A DNA stretch of 63,949 nucleotides, filler included, from Barthelona sp. PAP020 (lineage: Eukaryota), in assembly GCA_040182905.1 (NCBI GenBank). It is 6 parts of 6 records of this genome, joined end to end, with 100 filler letters (N's around TTAATTAATTAA, not from the genome) between each part and the next. Parts side by side here need not be neighbours in the genome. Positions count along the whole stretch, not along the records: positions 1 to 10,987 come from JARQWU010000390.1; 5 more parts are not named here. One strand, given 5' to 3'. The position numbers and the translations under genes were made by a program. Each line of letters begins with the position of its first letter. The stretch's first letter is position 1. Positions 1 to 11,087 of the stretch are shown here, piece after piece. Below the pieces are notes generated by a model, which had not been told where the DNA came from, ran no database searches, and saw only the letters and a program-made list of their open reading frames with translations.

Positions 1-1
1 T

Positions 2-109
2 GAAGGACTCTCTGGTCAATTGATAATTCGTGGACAAACTGAAGGAATTGTTAATGCCATGGGCAATGGATTATCCAGATTGAATCTCAAAAAACAAAAT
101 AAGATGTGA
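2..109 (+). CDS. COPB1: Coatomer subunit beta (COP-beta), 3' end only
   Basis: Frame from nt 2 reads EGLSGQLIIRGQTEGIVNAMGNGLSRLNLKKQNKM* (TGA 107-109). It resembles the COP-beta C-terminal platform motif G-x-I-R-I-R-A-K-S-Q-G-M-A-L-S-L-G. Not in the ORF track. Confidence 0.65.
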   Translation, partial: EGLSGQLIIRGQTEGIVNAMGNGLSRLNLKKQNKM

Positions 110-199
110 TGAGGGTTTTTTTTTGTACATTATTTTTATCCTTTTTCATCTTTCACTTCATAAAATGTGCATATTCTTTTTTTTTTTCATTTTGTCTTC

Positions 200-2068
200 A
201 TGCAAATTAAAAATGAAAGAATTGAATCATTTCTTTCATTTTCCAAACATCGTTTAGATCGGTTATTATCCCAAGAATTAAATATCATTGAAGATTTAGT
301 TTTTCCCATAGATATTTTGTCCTTGTATAATTATGACAGTTTATTAGCGAATGATTACATTAAATCTCCATTGGAATATAATTATTGTTTAACCAAAAGA
401 CTAAAAAAGTATTGCAGTGAAAATGGATTGAACATTATTGAAATATCATTTAGACCATCCAATTTACCATTACCTTTTTGTTTCAAAAAACTACCTCCTT
501 CTTTAACCAATCATTTGGGGAAATTAATAACTATTTTAGGAAATGTGATGACTATTTTTCCAAAGCAGGTTTTGAGAAAGAGTCAACAATATCAATGCAA
601 TTATTGTTCCAGTTTGTTTCAAATTGACTTTCCTATTCCTTTCAATCCTGATTTAGGAGGGAAAATATGTTCATTTCAGCATTATAATCAGAAAATAACA
701 TGTCCAAAATGTAATAAATCAGGAAAAAATATTATTCCAACAGAAATATTTACATCAGTTGATGCTATGGTTGTTGGGGTTCAATTAGAAATTGAATTGG
801 AAGTTCTCAATGTTTTATTGTTGAAAGATTTAATTTTGGATTTGAAATTAGGAGAAAAAGTACTATTTACTGGTGTTTTACAAATTTCCAATTTTGAAAA
901 TAATCAGTTGATATTCCAAGTTTTAAACAAAAAAGTTCCTCAAGAAATACCACCATCCATTGCACAACAAAAGCAACTCCATAATTTTTGGGTAAAACAT
1001 TCATTTTTTAAGGCTAGATCTTTGATAATCAATTCTTTTGTTGATCAATTGAAAGGTTTTGATATTGTTGGGTGTAGATTAGCTATTTTGCTCAGTTTAA
1101 TTGGTGGGTATGATCTTGATGATTTTAATAATGTGAAAACAAAGAATTATATCCATGTTTTGATTTTGGGCGGTCCTGGATTGGGAAAGACCGAATTAAT
1201 AAAAGGCGCTCATAATTTCAGTGATGGAATATATGTTCATGGTGGAGGAAGACATCAATTAAACACATATGTTGGTAAAGATGGCAGAAATGATGCCGGT
1301 GCATTAGATTTAGCATGTTCAAGGCATTGTTGCATCGATGAGTTCTTTGCGTTCAATCAAACTGACAGGAATTGTATTTTGGAAGCTTTAGAATCCGGTG
1401 ATTGTGGTATCATTTGTGCCGGTGACATTGAAAGTAGATATCGCCCTGGTGCACCAACAATTATTATGGCTAATTTGGCTAAAAAACGCAGTGCTAATTG
1501 GTCCATTGATGAAGCAATTGTTTCAAGATTTGATTTGATAATCAGATTGCAAAGACCATCTTCTGATGAGGAAATCGAACGACTAAATTCAAAAAATGAT
1601 GAAAGTCTTAAAATATTTGATTCAACAATAAATTTATCGAATTTTATTTCCACGTCGCAGCAATTGTTTCCAACTTTATCAGATGACGCTTCATCTTTAT
1701 TAGAAGCATTTTTTGAACGTCGACGACACCTCATTCAAGTCTTAGATAGTGATGGTGATGGAAGTAGGATTGCTTCTCATCTTCGCGCTAATAGCTCATT
1801 AAAGTTATTGAATGTTCTGTTAAAATTGGCTATTTCCCACGCAAGATTATGTTTTCATTCTGAAATTCTCATTGAAGATGTAGTCTTGACCATTGGATTA
1901 TTCATTTGGAGTGAGTATACCATGTTAGGAGATGACTACATGATGGTTTGTGGTTTTCCGAAAAGTTTTGATGTGAATGTTTTGTTGTGTTGTTTTGGTG
2001 ACGTGAATGAAATGCAAGACAACTTTGATGTCTTGTATCAAGAATTAATAAAATATTCACTTAGATAA
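200..2068 (+). CDS. MCM9: MCM8/MCM9-family helicase, most MCM9-like
   Basis: Zn finger CNYC...CPKC, Walker A GGPGLGKT, Walker B CCIDEF, arginine finger SRFD. The DRNCILEALE and LAISHARL motifs fit MCM9. First in-frame ATG is at 200 (track start is GTG). Confidence 0.75.
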   Translation: MQIKNERIESFLSFSKHRLDRLLSQELNIIEDLVFPIDILSLYNYDSLLANDYIKSPLEYNYCLTKRLKKYCSENGLNIIEISFRPSNLPLPFCFKKLPPSLTNHLGKLITILGNVMTIFPKQVLRKSQQYQCNYCSSLFQIDFPIPFNPDLGGKICSFQHYNQKITCPKCNKSGKNIIPTEIFTSVDAMVVGVQLEIELEVLNVLLLKDLILDLKLGEKVLFTGVLQISNFENNQLIFQVLNKKVPQEIPPSIAQQKQLHNFWVKHSFFKARSLIINSFVDQLKGFDIVGCRLAILLSLIGGYDLDDFNNVKTKNYIHVLILGGPGLGKTELIKGAHNFSDGIYVHGGGRHQLNTYVGKDGRNDAGALDLACSRHCCIDEFFAFNQTDRNCILEALESGDCGIICAGDIESRYRPGAPTIIMANLAKKRSANWSIDEAIVSRFDLIIRLQRPSSDEEIERLNSKNDESLKIFDSTINLSNFISTSQQLFPTLSDDASSLLEAFFERRRHLIQVLDSDGDGSRIASHLRANSSLKLLNVLLKLAISHARLCFHSEILIEDVVLTIGLFIWSEYTMLGDDYMMVCGFPKSFDVNVLLCCFGDVNEMQDNFDVLYQELIKYSLR

Positions 2069-2311
2069 TTTTCTATTTTATTTTTTGTATTTTAGGATTT
2101 TGAAAACAAACTGTTTAGGATGTTGGTTGTAAAATTCCAACAGAAAACAATAACTTTAAAATTTTCAATGTGGGTATATAAATAAAGTAGAACAATTAGG
2201 ATCCACTTATTACTTTGCGCCGTTTTATTGACTATTTCTGACGGTTGATGGAAAAATAGAAAAAATTCTTTTTGTTTTCAAATTGGAACTGAAAATCTTT
2301 TTAATGTTTTT

Positions 2312-3145
2312 ATGAATACTCTTCATGATACGATATCATTGATATTTGAAATTGATGTTAGTGAAAACAGTTCAAGAGAAACTTTCATGTTATGTTTGAA
2401 AAACAAAAACATTTCCAAATTCAACGATTTTTTTCTCACTAAATCTGACACCTGGAACCAAAACTGGAGCTTTCAAACATATTTGTCTTTTTTTACACAA
2501 TTTTCTGATGATGAACGTTTCTATGAAAGAATTTTCTCAATTTTTGATTCAAAGAAAGAAATGTCTTTATCTTTAGTTGTTGTTAGATTATTGTTTTATG
2601 GATTTTTTGCGAAGGAAGCAAATAGCTTGTTGGCTTTTCTTTTTCTTTTTCATGATGATATTATTTACATTTTACACTCAATGGCACCTGTCAGTCTCTT
2701 TAAATATTCATTATTAGCCATATTTTTGGGGTTTGATGATTGTGAATTCAGAAAATTTGCAGGAAATTTTATTGACCTTGAATGTCCCTTTTTAGTCTTT
2801 GATGTTTCAAAACACTTTGAATTGTATTTTCGTTATTTTTACAATTTTGATGGTCCTTATAGTATTAACACTTTACCGCATACCGACGATGTCTCAAATG
2901 TTGATAAGAGTGATTTTTCTGATGAAGTTGCAAGCAACACTTCTTGGATTCATCATGAATCTTGGTATATGGCTAATGAAGGACCAATTGAAATTGGAAA
3001 TGAAGGAATAATAATCGGAGAGCATGTAGAAGTTAAAGAAGTTGTTGTTGCTCCTAATTTACCCGAGATAAATGATGTACCTCAAGATGATGACAAAGAA
3101 TTGAAAGATGATCTTGATAATGGCTGTTGTTGTTGTGTTCAGTAA
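2312..3145 (+). CDS. Hypothetical protein with C-terminal CCCCVQ (CaaX-type lipidation motif); weak resemblance to the Lines C-terminal domain
   Basis: 277-aa ATG ORF ending GCCCCVQ*. The LFHDD...PVSLF...GFD...ECPF...YFRYF spacing recalls the Lines_C domain (tentative). Confidence 0.55.
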   Translation: MNTLHDTISLIFEIDVSENSSRETFMLCLKNKNISKFNDFFLTKSDTWNQNWSFQTYLSFFTQFSDDERFYERIFSIFDSKKEMSLSLVVVRLLFYGFFAKEANSLLAFLFLFHDDIIYILHSMAPVSLFKYSLLAIFLGFDDCEFRKFAGNFIDLECPFLVFDVSKHFELYFRYFYNFDGPYSINTLPHTDDVSNVDKSDFSDEVASNTSWIHHESWYMANEGPIEIGNEGIIIGEHVEVKEVVVAPNLPEINDVPQDDDKELKDDLDNGCCCCVQ

Positions 3146-3333
3146 TTTTATAAATCCTCTTTGTATTATTTGGTTTTTTTTTTTCTCTGAAAGAATTTTC
3201 CGAAAATTAACAGAAAAATGGGAAAGTTTCAAAAGATTGGGACATTGATAAAGAACAAATGGGAAGTTTCAGATGGAATTTTTTCAGAAAAGAGAAGCAT
3301 AAACTGTCACTGTTTTTATTTGCAAAGAATATT

Positions 3334-3720
3334 ATGGTTTTACAAAATGAAGTAATTAGAGATTATGAAAGCAATGAACGTATAATTTTAAGTGATAGCG
3401 AGATGATAATGAAAATTGTTTCTTCACCAACATCAAATACATTCATTTGTCAAACTCCTGATGGAATTGAACATGAAGTTATACTTCCTGGAAAATTTAA
3501 GAATGTGATTTGGATCAAAAGGAATGATTATGTATTGGTAGATACCAAGGATGATTTTTTGAAGATTTCTCGAATTCTTTCTCCTAAGCAAATAAAAAAG
3601 ATGATTAAACTTGATGAATTTCCTTTTGAACTGAATGATTTTGATGAAGAAAGCTCTGAAAGTTCAGAAGGGGATTATGTAGATGGTGAGATTATTGAAT
3701 CGGATGACGAAGACTTTTAA
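3334..3720 (+). CDS. EIF1AD: eIF1A-domain protein (EIF1AD-like, S1/OB fold, acidic tail)
   Basis: LPGKFKNVIWIKRNDYVLV matches the EIF1AD motif MPxKFRKxIWIKRGDFxIV. ATG 3334 is the more likely start. Confidence 0.8.
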   Translation: MVLQNEVIRDYESNERIILSDSEMIMKIVSSPTSNTFICQTPDGIEHEVILPGKFKNVIWIKRNDYVLVDTKDDFLKISRILSPKQIKKMIKLDEFPFELNDFDEESSESSEGDYVDGEIIESDDEDF

Positions 3721-3847
3721 ACATTCAGAAATTTATGCCAAAAAAAAAAAAAAATTTAAAACTTGAAAAATAAAAAAATCACGGTCTCTCTTTTTCTATT
3801 TTGTTTAACAATTTTTTATAAATTTAGTACACAGCTTTATTTTAAAT

Positions 3848-6800
3848 TTAATTTTCATTGTCTTTATTGCCAAGAGGGGCTAATGAACTGGGTAAAGTAA
3901 AACTGGTATTAATATCGTGTAAATCTAAAGATGTTGAAGTGTCTAAAGGTAAAAATGAGAGTTCAGTAGCAACAGGAGCGATATTTACAGGAGCTAAAAC
4001 AGGACTGTCTTCCAAAACATTTATTTCATCATCATCATCCGTTTTCTTATTCATGTCAACTGATTCTTCATAATGAAGATCATAACTGAGTTCATATTGA
4101 TTTGCAAAATGAGAATCATTATCAATAACATCATTAGCATCATTTTCTTCAGTTTTTTCAAATAGTTTTTCATTATTGTTCACATCATAAGATATTTCAC
4201 TTTCATTTTCATCAAATGAAAAAGAAAATGGTTTAAATACGACTGATTCATCTTCTGATGATGATTGATCAAGTATATCTTGTTGTATAAAAGTGTTTTC
4301 TTGTTTGTTAAGATTTTCCATTTTGTCCAAAAGTTCTTCAAAATGTTGGACAGAATTTGAAGTCAAATTCTTTTCTAAATCATCCAATTCATCTGTTTCA
4401 AGAATGTTGTCTTGCTTTTCAAGAATTTCTTTGTTAATTTTACTTTCATCTTGAACTTTGGAATCAATAAATGGCTCAAGATTGTGGAATTCAACTTTAG
4501 ATTCGTCTTCTTCTTCAACCTTATCATCCTCATTCATTAATAGATCAAGATTTCTTTGAATATCTGCAATTTCATCGCTCAATTCAAAATTTGAATTTAA
4601 ATTGAGCTCTTCATCCAACTGTTGTTTCGGTTCGAACTTTTGTTGAAGATGTTGATCGGATTTCTGTTTTTTCATTTGTCTTTGCTTTTGAATTTCTTCA
4701 AAAATGTCTACTTTCTCTGTTTTCTCTTCTTTTTCTCTTGTGGGTTTTTGAAGAATTTCTTCGCTTTCCGCTTTAATACTTTGATCTGCCTTTATAAATA
4801 CATAATCTAAAACTTTTAACTTTCTGGCATTTTTCAAAAATTTACTGATACTATCATGAATTTGAATTTCTTTGGAATTCATTTGAGTTTGAAGTTTTAA
4901 ATTGTGATTCATGTTTGATAAAATGATGATCAAGTTTTTGGTTGCCAAAACTTTAGCAAATTTAGGATATTTCAAAAATTTATCTGAATATTTGATCCAA
5001 CGATCATCAAGAGGATCCTCAACAATTTTGCACTCAATCTTTTCAATTATCTTTTTAAAACCAAGAGAATATTCATCAAAACCAACATATTTATCCACAT
5101 CTAACAACTTTAACAATTGATTGAAATCATTTAATTCAGGATGAGAAATATTTATAAAACTGTTGACAATTTCTTCAAAAATTTCAAGCATAAAATTAAA
5201 ATAAGTGTTTCTAACTAAGTCTTCATCAAAATACCAAGGGAATAAATCTTGTTTTGAGGGCGAATCAAAATGATGAAGATTTTCAGTGTTTAACCAATTA
5301 ATGAAATATTTTTGAAGTTTTACACAATAGAATGGATGTTTTAGTATTTCTTTTGACATAAAACTATCAAATATTTCCACATTATTCTTATCATATAAAT
5401 ATGCCAAGTATGGTGGTAAAACATTTAACAATTGATTCTTAAAAGTATAATAATTCAACTTATTTCCTTGATTATCAATGATTTGAATATTTTCCAAAAG
5501 TTTGATAAACAATTTGATGTCAAAATTACTATCCTTAATTTTAAAGAAATAGTTTAATATCAAGATACCAAAACCACAATTTAAACAATGATAACAAAAT
5601 TGTTTGCTGAAAGACAATAAATAATACAATAAAGCAAACATATCATCAATCAATTCAACCATATTTGAATTTTCATTTAAAAATACAATTAATTCACGCA
5701 AAATTGAATGATTTGCCACAAAGAAATTGACAAATTTAGTTTTAAAAGTATTATTATTATCGATTAAACAACTAAATATTTCGATAATTTGTTTATTTAT
5801 TGAAATTTCATTATTATGCTTGAGTAAAATATCCAAAAACATTTGAATAATACTTTCATCAAATAGATTGCTCATAAGTTTGGTATGTTGCTCAACGATT
5901 ATTTGAATAATACAAATGAACAGTGAAAGTTCATCTTTCTTTAAAATTTTATCATTCAAATTTTTTTGTAACTTTTCAATAACTCTTTCAACCAATTTTG
6001 TGCTGATTTCATTTGATATTTGATAAGTTGGATTTTCAGTCAATATTTCCAAAAAAATACCTTCAATAATAGTATATTTCAAATAAATACTGGGCTTAAA
6101 TGCTGTTGAACTGTCATCATCACATGACAAATATCTTCTAAATTCAAATAAACATTTTTTGTTCCAAAACATTGTGGGGATAATTATGTTACTTAACAGA
6201 ATGCGTTCTAATTCATGATAATCTTTAATTTTTGAAATGTCTTGAAATATCGGATATTTTTCCAAACTTTTGTTCATTTCTTTTAAATAATTAAAAAATA
6301 GTGTTTTTGTTTTGGGGATATTCATTTTTTCGTATAAAAAGACATTCATAAATCTTTTAAAATTTTGTAAACTTTTTAAACCATCAAATAAGTTGTGAAA
6401 CAAATTATCAATTGTTTCATTACCTTCAGTTTCTTTGAAAATTTCAAAATATTTATTAAAAACCAAATTATCAATTTGCACACAATCAGTTACATCATCA
6501 ATTTGACCAATATTATTTTTGACATGAATCAAAATGAAGTAACATTTTAAAATAAGTGATAAATTTGTATTTAAAGCATTTGAATCATCTGAATCAATAA
6601 AATTCTTGATAAATCTTTCATAAATTAAAATATTTCCCCCAAATTTTACAAAAGTTTCAAAAGTTTTTGTATTGATTAAACATAACAGTAAATCAATAAA
6701 TTCTTCAACTTCTAAATGTTTGGTTAAATCCATTTTAAAACCACAATCAATTACTTGTTTAAAACCATCAAAACTTGAAAATTTTTCACTCCAATTGATG

Positions 6801-9800
6801 GCATCCATTTCAACGTATAACATATACAACAATTTAATTCCATTTTTATAATGGAGATTGTCTTTCAATAGTTCGACACAATCATTCAACAATATGTCAT
6901 ACTCTTTACTGGAAATGATTACACCATCCATACCATATTTAATTAAAGGTGTTAAGTATAAAGAAGATACAATAGGTTCAATTTTCAACAAAGGATAATC
7001 CAATTCAATTTGTTTTTCATGAACGAAAGCTCTTTTTGGATTGCTATGAATAAACATTTTAATATTTTTAATGGAAGATTCAATTTGTTGTTTTAAATAA
7101 TTGAATGTAGAATTGTTCCAAATAGCATTAGGAATTTCAATTGAATCATATAATAAACTAATACTTTGATCAAAACCTATTCTATTTAAATAATTTAAAA
7201 AGGGTTTGGGAAAATATAAAAATAGAGGGGTATCATTATTGATATTGATATTGATATTGTAAACTAATAATAAAACTTTCATTATACTAGCAAGATAGTC
7301 TTGCTTACTGGAATTTAATACAACTAAATGATATAAACAAGCTTTATAAAAATTAAATTGTTCCAAATGTAATATGATTGAAGGTTTTTCCTCAAAAATA
7401 TTGTATAATAATTCACATATCTTTTTAATGATAATTACATTGTCAGACCATAAACATTGGATTAATCTCCATAAATAAGAATGATGTAACATCATACGTT
7501 TACCAATAGGGGCTGGTACAACTAATTGCTCCCTAATTGATAAGATTTCATCAATTAATTGATTATTTAAGTTGATATTATTATTATTGTTAAATAATAA
7601 TTGATGGGAGCTAACTCTAATCAATAAATCTAAAGATAATAAAGCAATATCTGTTGAAGTTACTACAAAATTGAAATTAATGTATGAATTTTCCATTTCA
7701 TCAATCAAATCTTCTGTGGTTGAAGGATAATCGCATTCATTCAATAACCAATTTCCGTTTTGATCTTTCGGTATAGTTTTGATATTTGAATTGATATTAT
7801 GGTCATCAATTTTATGAAATTTTTGTTTTTTAAAAGTATTAAAAGATTGTTCATCATTTTCTAAATCATTAAAAGTATATTCAATAATATTCTTTTTGTC
7901 GTCAAAATGATAATTTGCTGGAATTGTAACTAAACTATACAAACATACACATAAAGGTTTTAATCCACCAGATTTTACAAATTCACTGGCATTTTCTTTA
8001 ATAACACTAGCAAAACTAAAGAATTTTAATAATAAATAATATAATTGAGATTCTTGTTGATTGCTATTATCTAAAGATTTAAAATAGTTTGTTAGATAAG
8101 GAATCATTGACAAATATCCAATAAATATTTGTTCTTTGGCATTTATCAAATATTTTTCTAAAATATTGTTCATTATTACCAATAATAATAATTTCTTCTC
8201 ATAAATCTTTTCATTTAATAATTCCAAAAAGATACTGTTCAATAAATTTTGTGGATTAATTATTTCAAAACTTTCAAAATCTTTTAATAAAGTATTCAAA
8301 TAATAACCTCCACAAGGTAATTCAATAATTAACGATTTTAATTGTGGTAAAGGTTTAAAATCAAAATAATTCCAAACAATTGGATAATTTAATAATTTTA
8401 AAAGTTTTTTGTTTAAATTTTCATAGCTTTCATAGCTAACATAATTAAATGGTAAACTTTGAATTTGAATTTGAATTTGAATTTGAAAATTTAAATTTGA
8501 AGTCTCATTTTCAATAAAGGAAAATAATTCTCTTTTAACTTCTTTATTCCAAATAATTAAAGGATCTTTAATATTATTCTTTTCAATAATGTTTAAAAAT
8601 TCCTTGAAATAGAAAGTGGGAAATTCTTCAAAAACAATTTTTTTATTTGTTTGATTACTAATTGAAAAGAATGATTTTTCGACTTTTTCAATAGAATGAA
8701 CCCTTTTCATATAATCTTCAGAAGTACCAAAATTTTGATTTAATAATAAAATGTTTGAAATGTTTTGAGGAAAAATATTGAAAAATATCTTGAAAAATTC
8801 AACATTAACTTTGATACCAATGTTAATAATGTTAATAACTGAATAATAAGATGGATGATTTGACCCAATCAACAAAATTTTAATGAATTCCAGTATAATT
8901 CCAGTGTTTACTAACAAATTGAAAAATATAGGATAATTCTTTAAAAAAGATAATTGAATACATAATGTTTCCAAATATTTGATACAACAAAATTTCATTT
9001 TTAAATCTTTTGAAAAAATATTTTCAATAATTAATTCAAAATGATTCAGCAAAACAAATAAAACTTCAAAATCTACAGAAGATTTTTCATACAATTCCAA
9101 AAGATTAACTGACCTGTTGTTAAGTATGTCGTATTTATTGATTGAAATTAGAAATTCCAAATATTTCACAAAAGAAAATCCATTATCTTTTTCACGATCC
9201 ATAAATAACATCATTTGACGTTTAAACAAATAATTTTCTTTGAAATTTGCAATAAATATTCGTTTTTGTTCAATATTCATCATTTCCATACATTTTTCGA
9301 AAATTTTATAAATTTCATACAAAAATATATTTTGAATTTTAACATCTTTTGTTTGTTTCAAAATTTCAAAAAGATCAATAAAAATTTGAAAATTATTTAA
9401 AAGTAAAGAATGTATTCTTTCATTTTGAATATTAATAAAGATTGCATGCAGTATATTCAATGCTAAAAGATGAGATTTTCCAAAATTTTCTTCCAAAACA
9501 ATTTTTTTATAATTTTTCAATAAATTTAATAAAAAATCAATCTTTTTAAAATTTAATCTCATCCCATGCATATTTAAATTAAATTCAAACAATGTAGCTA
9601 ACATCCTATCTTGATTTGTGCTCAAATGCTTCAAACTATGTATAAATCTTTGTTCTTGATTAATTTTCAATTGATGATACTTGCCATCATATCTTAAATT
9701 GAATGGAAATTCTTCAAAATGGATCATTACTTGATCATCAATAAGCATCAAAGTTAAAGAATTAAAAAATAAGCACAATTCATCAAAGTTTTCAAAATTG

Positions 9801-10639
9801 ATTAAATAATCAAATTTTTCGGTAAATATTGCCAAAGTATTTGATTCTTCAAAAATTATCAGTAAATCTTGTATTTCTCGTAAAGGTATATTGAAAAAAC
9901 TAGGATATTTATCAAAGCAATTTATTGAAAAACCATAAATTATTAGTTTATCATTCATCAATTTTGCTTCAAATTTATGACCATCAATCATAATATTTTT
10001 ACAACAGATCAAAGTTAAATTGTCATTTATCAATATGTCGGTGGTTTTATTGTTTCTTGAATCAACTTTGTGAACTTCAGTTCTAAGACCTAATTTACTG
10101 AAATTTTCATTCAATATATTCTTCAATTTGTTAAATTCTTCTTCGTTTTCAAACTTTAAAACAAAAACGATATCATGATACAAAACAATAGATAATTCAA
10201 CAGTACTATTCTCAAAAAAATATTCAATATCAATTATATGTGATAAATTAAAGTTAAAACCATTTACATTCAAGACAAATTCATCAACAATAATTTCACT
10301 TTCAATAAAATCTTCATTTAACAAACTCTTACAACCAAATTTATATTTTTTATGTGCGTTCTGGAGTGTGTTTAATTTATCATATAAAACATTCAATATA
10401 TTTGATCTACAGTGGGATAAATATTTTTCATTTGTTTTTCCCCATTCAAGTGTAAAAATACTTTCATTTTTACTGTCCACTCTAATAGGTACATGTATTT
10501 GTTCATAAGGAATTGTTTGAACAGTTGAATTTTCATGTTCATCACATATATACAAATGTGAAGTGCCAAATTTAAATATTTGAGGAGTATCTTTAAAAAA
10601 ACCATATTCAAGCACTGTAAATTTCATACATGTTTGCAT
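3848..10639 (-). CDS. RME-8/DNAJC13-like endosomal protein apparently lacking the J domain
   Basis: IWN repeats (PLIIWNKEVKREL, PNAIWNNST, PTMFWNKKC), WN-x-DF...E-x-x-CGGYYL after IWN1, and PAPIGKRMM...LIQCL matching RME-8 PLPKVKRLL...IIQLL. No HPD motif. Acidic low-complexity tail. Confidence 0.7.
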   Translation of the reverse strand: MQTCMKFTVLEYGFFKDTPQIFKFGTSHLYICDEHENSTVQTIPYEQIHVPIRVDSKNESIFTLEWGKTNEKYLSHCRSNILNVLYDKLNTLQNAHKKYKFGCKSLLNEDFIESEIIVDEFVLNVNGFNFNLSHIIDIEYFFENSTVELSIVLYHDIVFVLKFENEEEFNKLKNILNENFSKLGLRTEVHKVDSRNNKTTDILINDNLTLICCKNIMIDGHKFEAKLMNDKLIIYGFSINCFDKYPSFFNIPLREIQDLLIIFEESNTLAIFTEKFDYLINFENFDELCLFFNSLTLMLIDDQVMIHFEEFPFNLRYDGKYHQLKINQEQRFIHSLKHLSTNQDRMLATLFEFNLNMHGMRLNFKKIDFLLNLLKNYKKIVLEENFGKSHLLALNILHAIFINIQNERIHSLLLNNFQIFIDLFEILKQTKDVKIQNIFLYEIYKIFEKCMEMMNIEQKRIFIANFKENYLFKRQMMLFMDREKDNGFSFVKYLEFLISINKYDILNNRSVNLLELYEKSSVDFEVLFVLLNHFELIIENIFSKDLKMKFCCIKYLETLCIQLSFLKNYPIFFNLLVNTGIILEFIKILLIGSNHPSYYSVINIINIGIKVNVEFFKIFFNIFPQNISNILLLNQNFGTSEDYMKRVHSIEKVEKSFFSISNQTNKKIVFEEFPTFYFKEFLNIIEKNNIKDPLIIWNKEVKRELFSFIENETSNLNFQIQIQIQIQSLPFNYVSYESYENLNKKLLKLLNYPIVWNYFDFKPLPQLKSLIIELPCGGYYLNTLLKDFESFEIINPQNLLNSIFLELLNEKIYEKKLLLLVIMNNILEKYLINAKEQIFIGYLSMIPYLTNYFKSLDNSNQQESQLYYLLLKFFSFASVIKENASEFVKSGGLKPLCVCLYSLVTIPANYHFDDKKNIIEYTFNDLENDEQSFNTFKKQKFHKIDDHNINSNIKTIPKDQNGNWLLNECDYPSTTEDLIDEMENSYINFNFVVTSTDIALLSLDLLIRVSSHQLLFNNNNNINLNNQLIDEILSIREQLVVPAPIGKRMMLHHSYLWRLIQCLWSDNVIIIKKICELLYNIFEEKPSIILHLEQFNFYKACLYHLVVLNSSKQDYLASIMKVLLLVYNINININNDTPLFLYFPKPFLNYLNRIGFDQSISLLYDSIEIPNAIWNNSTFNYLKQQIESSIKNIKMFIHSNPKRAFVHEKQIELDYPLLKIEPIVSSLYLTPLIKYGMDGVIISSKEYDILLNDCVELLKDNLHYKNGIKLLYMLYVEMDAINWSEKFSSFDGFKQVIDCGFKMDLTKHLEVEEFIDLLLCLINTKTFETFVKFGGNILIYERFIKNFIDSDDSNALNTNLSLILKCYFILIHVKNNIGQIDDVTDCVQIDNLVFNKYFEIFKETEGNETIDNLFHNLFDGLKSLQNFKRFMNVFLYEKMNIPKTKTLFFNYLKEMNKSLEKYPIFQDISKIKDYHELERILLSNIIIPTMFWNKKCLFEFRRYLSCDDDSSTAFKPSIYLKYTIIEGIFLEILTENPTYQISNEISTKLVERVIEKLQKNLNDKILKKDELSLFICIIQIIVEQHTKLMSNLFDESIIQMFLDILLKHNNEISINKQIIEIFSCLIDNNNTFKTKFVNFFVANHSILRELIVFLNENSNMVELIDDMFALLYYLLSFSKQFCYHCLNCGFGILILNYFFKIKDSNFDIKLFIKLLENIQIIDNQGNKLNYYTFKNQLLNVLPPYLAYLYDKNNVEIFDSFMSKEILKHPFYCVKLQKYFINWLNTENLHHFDSPSKQDLFPWYFDEDLVRNTYFNFMLEIFEEIVNSFINISHPELNDFNQLLKLLDVDKYVGFDEYSLGFKKIIEKIECKIVEDPLDDRWIKYSDKFLKYPKFAKVLATKNLIIILSNMNHNLKLQTQMNSKEIQIHDSISKFLKNARKLKVLDYVFIKADQSIKAESEEILQKPTREKEEKTEKVDIFEEIQKQRQMKKQKSDQHLQQKFEPKQQLDEELNLNSNFELSDEIADIQRNLDLLMNEDDKVEEEDESKVEFHNLEPFIDSKVQDESKINKEILEKQDNILETDELDDLEKNLTSNSVQHFEELLDKMENLNKQENTFIQQDILDQSSSEDESVVFKPFSFSFDENESEISYDVNNNEKLFEKTEENDANDVIDNDSHFANQYELSYDLHYEESVDMNKKTDDDDEINVLEDSPVLAPVNIAPVATELSFLPLDTSTSLDLHDINTSFTLPSSLAPLGNKDNEN

Positions 10640-10987
10640 ATTTAAACAAATATAAAATGTAAATGAAAAAAAAAATCTAGGTCTTCAATCCTCGATGAAG
10701 ATTTTTTTTTTCTGTCAACTCTTTTTTTGTTTTTGCAAAAATGAACCCTTAATTTTGTCTGTTGAATCCTTTAACATGTTATTTTTGGAACTGACAGACC
10801 CAAAAATCTGGAAGATTTCTTGGATTGCATGTTTCTCAATTCATACAATCGTGGTTAAATTCTCAAATTTTCCATATTTCAACAATAAATTTTTAGAAAT
10901 TTATAAAAAATTACATTTGTGTGTGTGGGAAACTGACTAAAATCCCATATTACTTTGATTCTGTTAATTGACAAAAAAAGCTTAGGC

Positions 10988-11087
10988 NNNNNNNNNNNNN
11001 NNNNNNNNNNNNNNNNNNNNNNNNNNNNNNNTTAATTAATTAANNNNNNNNNNNNNNNNNNNNNNNNNNNNNNNNNNNNNNNNNNNN
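10988..11087. other. Artificial contig spacer N44-TTAATTAATTAA-N44
   Basis: Exactly 100 nt; the central 12-mer is a stop codon in all six frames; identical at five positions. Confidence 0.98.

Noticed and set aside
2205..2300. U4 snRNA-like start (CTTTGCGC) followed by a hairpin
   Set aside because: No TGCTAAT stem-I segment, canonical K-turn or Sm site; abuts the next start codon.
11032..11043. TTAATTAATTAA recurring every ~11 kb as a biological periodic motif
   Set aside because: Always centred in exactly 44+44 Ns; it is an assembly linker.
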